From an uncultured virus (IMG/VR IMGVR_UViG_3300041402_000811) (taxonomy: Duplodnaviria; Heunggongvirae; Uroviricota; Caudoviricetes), in IMG/VR virus record IMGVR_UViG_3300041402_000811: a DNA stretch of 64,000 nt. One strand, given 5' to 3'. The notes under the pieces were generated by a model. The model was not told the DNA's origin, ran no database searches, and saw only the letters and a program-made list of their open reading frames with translations. Shown piece by piece: positions 58,861 through 64,000 of this stretch (the stretch's first letter is position 1; every line of letters begins with the position of its first letter). The translations under genes and the position numbers were made by a program.

Positions 58861-59472
58861 ATGAAAGTATTGAATGTTGCAGCTGGAAAAATGTCATATT
58901 TAAAAGGTGTCGATCAACAAGAGGGATCTAGCACCTTTGTTATAAATATAGATTCGATGTATTATAATTATACGCCAACTGATATTATTGAATCTAGATA
59001 TTATGAATGGACTAAACCTGGAAAACGTGAAAGAAAAGATGAAACTCATTATTGTAAGGAAGATGTATTTCAATTTTTAGAAAGAACAACAATGGAATTT
59101 GATATGGTTACAATTTATAGATTTCTTGAACACGTTTCCTTTACACAAGTTCTATATTTTATATATCTCATTTCTACAGTTGTTCGCAAAGGGGGAATGG
59201 TCGATGTAATTGTTCCAAACTATGAAAAACTTGCTAATATGATTTTAGAAGAAGATATTAATGATATAAATTTTGAACGTAAAAATATTCTCTTGACAAC
59301 TGAATTATTAAATGAACCATCTTGTCCTCACGCTTCAATATGGACTCCACAAAGAGCTAAATATTTTTGGGAATTTGAGGATAGATTTACAATTTATGAA
59401 GAACTAATTTGGGAAACATTTAAATACGATCGTCGTGATATATATCTTCGATTCCATTTAAAGAGAAAATAA
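58861..59472 (+). CDS. SAM-dependent methyltransferase-like protein
   Basis: VLNVAAG, FLEHV, GG...VIVPN. Confidence 0.6.
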   Translation: MKVLNVAAGKMSYLKGVDQQEGSSTFVINIDSMYYNYTPTDIIESRYYEWTKPGKRERKDETHYCKEDVFQFLERTTMEFDMVTIYRFLEHVSFTQVLYFIYLISTVVRKGGMVDVIVPNYEKLANMILEEDINDINFERKNILLTTELLNEPSCPHASIWTPQRAKYFWEFEDRFTIYEELIWETFKYDRRDIYLRFHLKRK

Positions 59473-59780
59473 TGACAACTTCAAGATATACAGTAAATAA
59501 AAAAACATCTCCTATTCGGATGATGCATAGTGCCGATATGGTCATTGCTATAACAAGAGAAATAGATGAACCAAAAAAAAGAATTGTTAAAATATTAAAA
59601 AATAGATATGGTCCGCATGGAAATGTAACTCTGCAAACAACAATTAATGTTTGCTGTCGTATGATTGCTATGTCTATTTTTGGAGGTAAATCATTAAAAC
59701 TATTTCGAGTAGAACTAGAAGAATTAATAAAAGAAACAATAATGAAAAAGATAGGTGATATTCATGACCCCTTTCAATGA
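59472..59780 (+). CDS. short protein resembling the DnaB helicase C-terminal end
   Basis: SADMVIAITR...KILKNRYGPHG. Confidence 0.4.
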   Translation: MTTSRYTVNKKTSPIRMMHSADMVIAITREIDEPKKRIVKILKNRYGPHGNVTLQTTINVCCRMIAMSIFGGKSLKLFRVELEELIKETIMKKIGDIHDPFQ

Positions 59781-60696
59781 GAGAGCACAAGAGATGGGAC
59801 TTAATATTTCAGGAGCCCATAAAGGTTTATACGCATATGAAGATAGATATTCTAAAGTTGCATATCGACAATTAGGATCTGGAGCTGAACCAGAAGGCGA
59901 TCCAATTACTCCACCACATCCAACAGATGGACAAGGAACTTCTATATTAGGAATATGGACCGCACCTCCCAATACTGATGACTATACATACATTGGTTAC
60001 GTTTCACAGATGTATAAATTTGTTGGCAATGAAGAAATAACTGGTAGAGTCATTGAATCATTAGAGGAAATTGGCAATCCGATATTAAATACAACCTCTC
60101 TTATTCTCGATGATTTTAGTGGTATTAGAGAAGAAGTTGTATTACAAAGTAGTTTAAATTCACCACAAGCTGGAGATATTCATCCTGCTATGATTATTGG
60201 TAATAGTTATAATGGTCAAAGAGCAGCAACTGTTGGTTTTGGAATTACCATTGATGATGTTCAGATAGATCGACCTACAGTATTTGGTTTCTCTTTGGGT
60301 GAGATGAAGATGGTTCATATTGAAAGTTCCAATACTAGACTATCTTCAGGGATCAATCAATACCTTGAAGTATTCAACAATGACATACTTGGTATGATTG
60401 AAACTAGTTTTTCATCTCCATTGACTCAAGATCAAATGTTCACAACTCTAGATGTCATTGAAAAGTATGGTAAAAAAAGAAGAGATAAAATTACTGATAT
60501 ATTAAAGACTTTACAACCACTACCAATAGATGGTCAACCTCCTGAATTACCAAGTGCCTGGCAAGTATTTTTATCTATTACAAGATACTGCGCACTTGAA
60601 CCAAATTTAAATATGAAAAGATTATTAGAAAATATTGCAGAAAGTGTATTAGTTGTTCCAACTCGAATGTATGAAGTGTTGGATCAATTACAATAA
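59755..60696 (+). CDS. DUF932-like protein
   Basis: VS..YKFV.NEE, I.NSYNG, W..F..IT.Y patterns; start may be 59764. Confidence 0.45.
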   Translation: MIFMTPFNERAQEMGLNISGAHKGLYAYEDRYSKVAYRQLGSGAEPEGDPITPPHPTDGQGTSILGIWTAPPNTDDYTYIGYVSQMYKFVGNEEITGRVIESLEEIGNPILNTTSLILDDFSGIREEVVLQSSLNSPQAGDIHPAMIIGNSYNGQRAATVGFGITIDDVQIDRPTVFGFSLGEMKMVHIESSNTRLSSGINQYLEVFNNDILGMIETSFSSPLTQDQMFTTLDVIEKYGKKRRDKITDILKTLQPLPIDGQPPELPSAWQVFLSITRYCALEPNLNMKRLLENIAESVLVVPTRMYEVLDQLQ

Positions 60697-60700
60697 GATC

Positions 60701-60737
60701 AAAAAAGAGGTACTATATATTGAGTGCCTCTTTTTTT
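60701..60737 (+). terminator. rho-independent (possibly bidirectional) terminator
   Basis: aaaaaagaggtact / agtgcctcttttttt. Confidence 0.8.
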
Positions 60738-60751
60738 GTCTAAATTTTTTT

Positions 60752-60767
60752 GGAACAAAATATAAAA
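60752..60767 (+). promoter_or_regulatory. class B putative late promoter GGAACAAAATATAAAA
   Basis: immediately after a terminator and before a structural-type gene; similar to 62027. Confidence 0.5.
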
Positions 60768-60785
60768 GAATGGGAGTTTTTGTCT

Positions 60786-62021
60786 ATGACAACAAGATAT
60801 TGGTCACCATCAAGAACATATGAATTTGAAGTAAAAGTAGCAGATAGAGACCTTACTCCCGATTTATATAAATTAACTATTTTAACTTCAATAGACCTTC
60901 CTTATCAAACATTTGTATTAGAATTTTTTCTTGATCCTAATGACTTAATACTAGAAAAGATATATGGTCAACAAGAAATTAAATTAACAGCAAAATTAAT
61001 GGCAACAGCTCCTAGCATTGTCAATGATCAAATTGATTTTAGTTTAATGTATTTATCAGGAGATATTCCTTTAAGGGTTCAAAATACAATACAAAATCAA
61101 ACAGATATTCAAAGATCACCAATCACGATAACTGCAGTTTCTCGTAAATCATTCATCACTATGTCAACTTATGTTAATGATATTTTTACAAATACCACTA
61201 TCGGTGATATAGTTTCAAATTTAGTAAGCAAAGCAAAGGGAGAATTAAAACAAGATATTGTAGGAAGAAATACTGAAAAATTAGATCAAGTTCTTATTCC
61301 TCCTACAACTCTCTATCAATCCTTAAAACATTTAAATAGAACTTTTGGTATATTTGATGGATGGTTAGCATTATGGTGTTCTCATGATAATAAAGTTTAT
61401 TTAAAAAATTTAACATCTAAAATGAAATCATCTTATTTATTTTCAGTATATCAATTTGCATCTAATATTGATAACGAAAAAATTATAGAAACATTTGATG
61501 AAGAAGTTTATTATACTCGATATGATATTAAAACTTCATATACTGGAAATACTAAATTTGCTATTTTTGCTCCAACGATGAAGCATATTGTTAAACCAAA
61601 AGATAAGTTGAGTAATACAATTGAAATTAAACTGGAAGAATTTTCTAAAACATATGGTTTAATATCTAAAAGGAATAAAATATTTTTTGATAATACAGCT
61701 ATGACCACATCAAATAGACAAAGAATTTATAAAGACCATACAGGATATGAAGCAAATGAATCATTTATTAATTCAAATATGGCAGAAGAAATTGGAGATT
61801 TATCAGTAATTAAAGTTTCATTGGAACGTTATTTAAAAATGAAAAATCTTATGAATGTTGGTGAAGCAGTAACGTTCATTTCAAAAGTTGATGACTATAA
61901 AGACTTAACAGGAGTATATATTCTTAGAAACTCTGAATTGAACTTTATCAAAGCAAAAGATTGGGAATCATCTGCAGAAATAACACTAATTAGAACAAAT
62001 AGAATTATATCTAAAAGTTAA
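60786..62021 (+). CDS. putative tail/baseplate hub-type structural protein
   Basis: start placed at ATG 60786 after GGGAG; C-terminal VGE.V.F.....GVYIL pattern and position next to the terminase. Confidence 0.4.
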   Translation: MTTRYWSPSRTYEFEVKVADRDLTPDLYKLTILTSIDLPYQTFVLEFFLDPNDLILEKIYGQQEIKLTAKLMATAPSIVNDQIDFSLMYLSGDIPLRVQNTIQNQTDIQRSPITITAVSRKSFITMSTYVNDIFTNTTIGDIVSNLVSKAKGELKQDIVGRNTEKLDQVLIPPTTLYQSLKHLNRTFGIFDGWLALWCSHDNKVYLKNLTSKMKSSYLFSVYQFASNIDNEKIIETFDEEVYYTRYDIKTSYTGNTKFAIFAPTMKHIVKPKDKLSNTIEIKLEEFSKTYGLISKRNKIFFDNTAMTTSNRQRIYKDHTGYEANESFINSNMAEEIGDLSVIKVSLERYLKMKNLMNVGEAVTFISKVDDYKDLTGVYILRNSELNFIKAKDWESSAEITLIRTNRIISKS

Positions 62022-62026
62022 AATTT

Positions 62027-62040
62027 GGAACAAATATAAA
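62027..62040 (+). promoter_or_regulatory. class B putative late promoter GGAACAAATATAAA
   Basis: directly upstream of the terminase RBS. Confidence 0.5.
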
Positions 62041-62049
62041 AGGAGTTTT

Positions 62050-63705
62050 ATGGGTAATTCATCAAAGTTAAAAAGATTAGCTCAAAAATATGTAGAGGAA
62101 TTCATTAAATGTAAAGCATCATTTGATTACTTCTGCAGAAACTATATTTTAATTGAGCTACCAGGAAGAGATGAAAAATTAATTCCTTATAAAAAACAAA
62201 CTGAACTAATTGATTTAATTGAAAGTCGACATTATGTCCTTGTTCTTAAAAGTAGACAGATTGGAATTTCAACAGTCATTCAAGCATACTCTGTCTGGTT
62301 AACTATATTTTTCGATAACGTTGTAATAGGTATTATTTCAAAAGATGGAAAAGAAGCAACTGATTTTGCTAGAGCTATTAGAGGGATGATAGAGAAACTT
62401 CCTGATTGGATGAAACCATTAAAGGGTATATTAGGTAGAGGATTTGCAAAAAGAACTGAACAATCATTTATTCTAACAAATGGTAGTAAAGTTTTTGCTT
62501 CACCAGTAAATCCAAATGCTCCAGAAAAGACTCTTCGAGGTAAAGCAATTACATTCCTAGTTATTGATGAAGCTGCATTTGTTCACCATGTTGATACCGC
62601 TTGGACATCTATGGTTCCAGCACTTTCAACAAATCAAATGCAAGCTCGAAAAGCTAATATTCCATTTGGAACAATCGTTCTATCAACTCCGAATAAAACA
62701 ATTGGTGTTGGTCAATGGTATTTTGAAAGATATTTAAAAGCAATATCTGGTGATGATATTTTTAATCCTTTTGTTATTCACTGGAAAATGATTCCAGAAC
62801 TTGCTGAAGATCCTTTATGGTTTGATACCCAATGTAGATTATTTGACAATGATAAAAAGAAAATTGCCCAAGAGTTAGAACTAAAATTTCTACCAGCAGA
62901 AGGATCATTCTTTGAAGCTGATACAGTTGAAAGAATGCAAGAGAATACTATAAAACCATTAGAGAAAATTAAATTATATAATGGAGAAATATGGTCATTT
63001 AGTCCAGCAATAGCAGGGACAACTTATATTATTGGAGTTGATACAGCACCAGAACATGGAACAGATAAATCAGCTATAACAGTTTGGGATTATACAACTT
63101 TAGAACAGGTATGGGAATATCAAGGTAAATGTAAAGTTCTTGATTTTGTAAATGTTGTTAAAGTTGCAGCTACAACATATAAGAATTCTGTTATAGTTGT
63201 AGAATCAAACTCATATGGAAATCAGGTTGTAGAACACTTAAATGCAAGTGAGTATTCACCACAATTATATAAAGAAAGACGTGGAAAAGATACATTAGTT
63301 CCAGGTCTATCCACTAACTCTAAAACTAGACCTTTAATGATTGATGCTTTATATTCATATATGACTGAATATCCTGAATCTGTAAAATCAGAAAGATTAG
63401 CATTAGAACTAACAGGACTTGTATCTAAAGCTAGTGGAAAGGTTGAAGCTGATACTGGATGTACTGACGATATAGCATTATCTTCAGCTCTATGTTTTTA
63501 TGTTAGAAAATACGATCCACCTCTAGCATTGCAGATGAACATGATAGATGGTTCAATGATAACAAATGATCTAAAAGATATTCTTAATTATAATATTGGT
63601 CACTCTGATGTTGAATTTACTGATCAAAGTATTATGAAATATATTAAAAATAAACCAGAAGAAAATGTAGGATATATAGATACAATAAGTTTCTTCAAGG
63701 GGTAA
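62050..63705 (+). CDS. terL: terminase large subunit
   Basis: KSRQIGIST (Walker A), LVIDEAAF (Walker B), LSTPN, QELE, IIGVDTA..G.DKSA, VESNSYG, DD. Confidence 0.92.
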   Translation: MGNSSKLKRLAQKYVEEFIKCKASFDYFCRNYILIELPGRDEKLIPYKKQTELIDLIESRHYVLVLKSRQIGISTVIQAYSVWLTIFFDNVVIGIISKDGKEATDFARAIRGMIEKLPDWMKPLKGILGRGFAKRTEQSFILTNGSKVFASPVNPNAPEKTLRGKAITFLVIDEAAFVHHVDTAWTSMVPALSTNQMQARKANIPFGTIVLSTPNKTIGVGQWYFERYLKAISGDDIFNPFVIHWKMIPELAEDPLWFDTQCRLFDNDKKKIAQELELKFLPAEGSFFEADTVERMQENTIKPLEKIKLYNGEIWSFSPAIAGTTYIIGVDTAPEHGTDKSAITVWDYTTLEQVWEYQGKCKVLDFVNVVKVAATTYKNSVIVVESNSYGNQVVEHLNASEYSPQLYKERRGKDTLVPGLSTNSKTRPLMIDALYSYMTEYPESVKSERLALELTGLVSKASGKVEADTGCTDDIALSSALCFYVRKYDPPLALQMNMIDGSMITNDLKDILNYNIGHSDVEFTDQSIMKYIKNKPEENVGYIDTISFFKG

Positions 63706-63708
63706 ACA

Positions 63709-64000
63709 ATGTCTCAAAAAATACAAGAATTTTTTGCACCTCCTGTTGGACTCAAATTAGTTGACACTGTTGATGGAATGAAATTATATTCTTCATCAAA
63801 ATTAATGAAGAATTTTTTATTAGCATTTAAAAAGTCTAGTAGAGGAAGTGATAAAGTTAAAATAATTGAAAAATTAATGAAGAAAGGATTCATAGTTCCT
63901 TGTTTTAGATCTAAAGGTGTTTTTAATTTTCTAAAATATAAGATGTTTGGAGATAACGAATCAAAATCAATTTTAGGAATGTATCATATTGAGAATAAAA
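63709..64000 (+). CDS. hypothetical protein, truncated by the window end
   Basis: ATG 63709 (MSQKIQEFFAPP...) open to the end. Confidence 0.55.
   Translation, partial: MSQKIQEFFAPPVGLKLVDTVDGMKLYSSSKLMKNFLLAFKKSSRGSDKVKIIEKLMKKGFIVPCFRSKGVFNFLKYKMFGDNESKSILGMYHIENK

Noticed and set aside
790..61708. All minus-strand ORFs and short nested alternative-frame ORFs in the track
   Set aside because: Each overlaps a longer, motif-bearing or tightly coupled + strand gene and lacks recognisable motifs; likely shadow ORFs

Overview
AT-rich, gene-dense segment with all credible genes on the + strand, most consistent with a large (jumbo-type) tailed phage. It contains baseplate/spike and lysis genes (0.5-7.3 kb), a probable tail/baseplate protein and the terminase large subunit (60.8-63.7 kb). 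There are two separate pairs of unsplit multisubunit RNA polymerase beta'/beta genes (10.7-17.8 kb and 48.4-54.7 kb), and two distinct recurring intergenic promoter-like motifs. Replication/repair genes include type IIA topoisomerase subunits, an SF2 helicase and SbcCD/Mre11-Rad50. Also present are an adenine methylase with a putative nuclease, QueD and FolE2, a heptose kinase and a secreted di-heme cytochrome c. Two unusual systems stand out. (1) An array of about six structured RNA units at 18.74-19.37 kb shares a covarying scaffold with variable inserts; two inserts are tRNA-like D/anticodon/T modules without an acceptor end. The array lies directly upstream of a TROVE/Ro60-like vWA protein and an ARPP-like protein. 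(2) A ubiquitin-like conjugation operon (E2-like, JAB, E1/ThiF, Ubl, second ThiF-like, HPN-type E2-like) sits directly upstream of the second RNAP. Further structured non-coding elements occur at 7.31-7.55 kb and 22.13-22.33 kb. All family assignments come from motif recognition by eye; no database searches were run.
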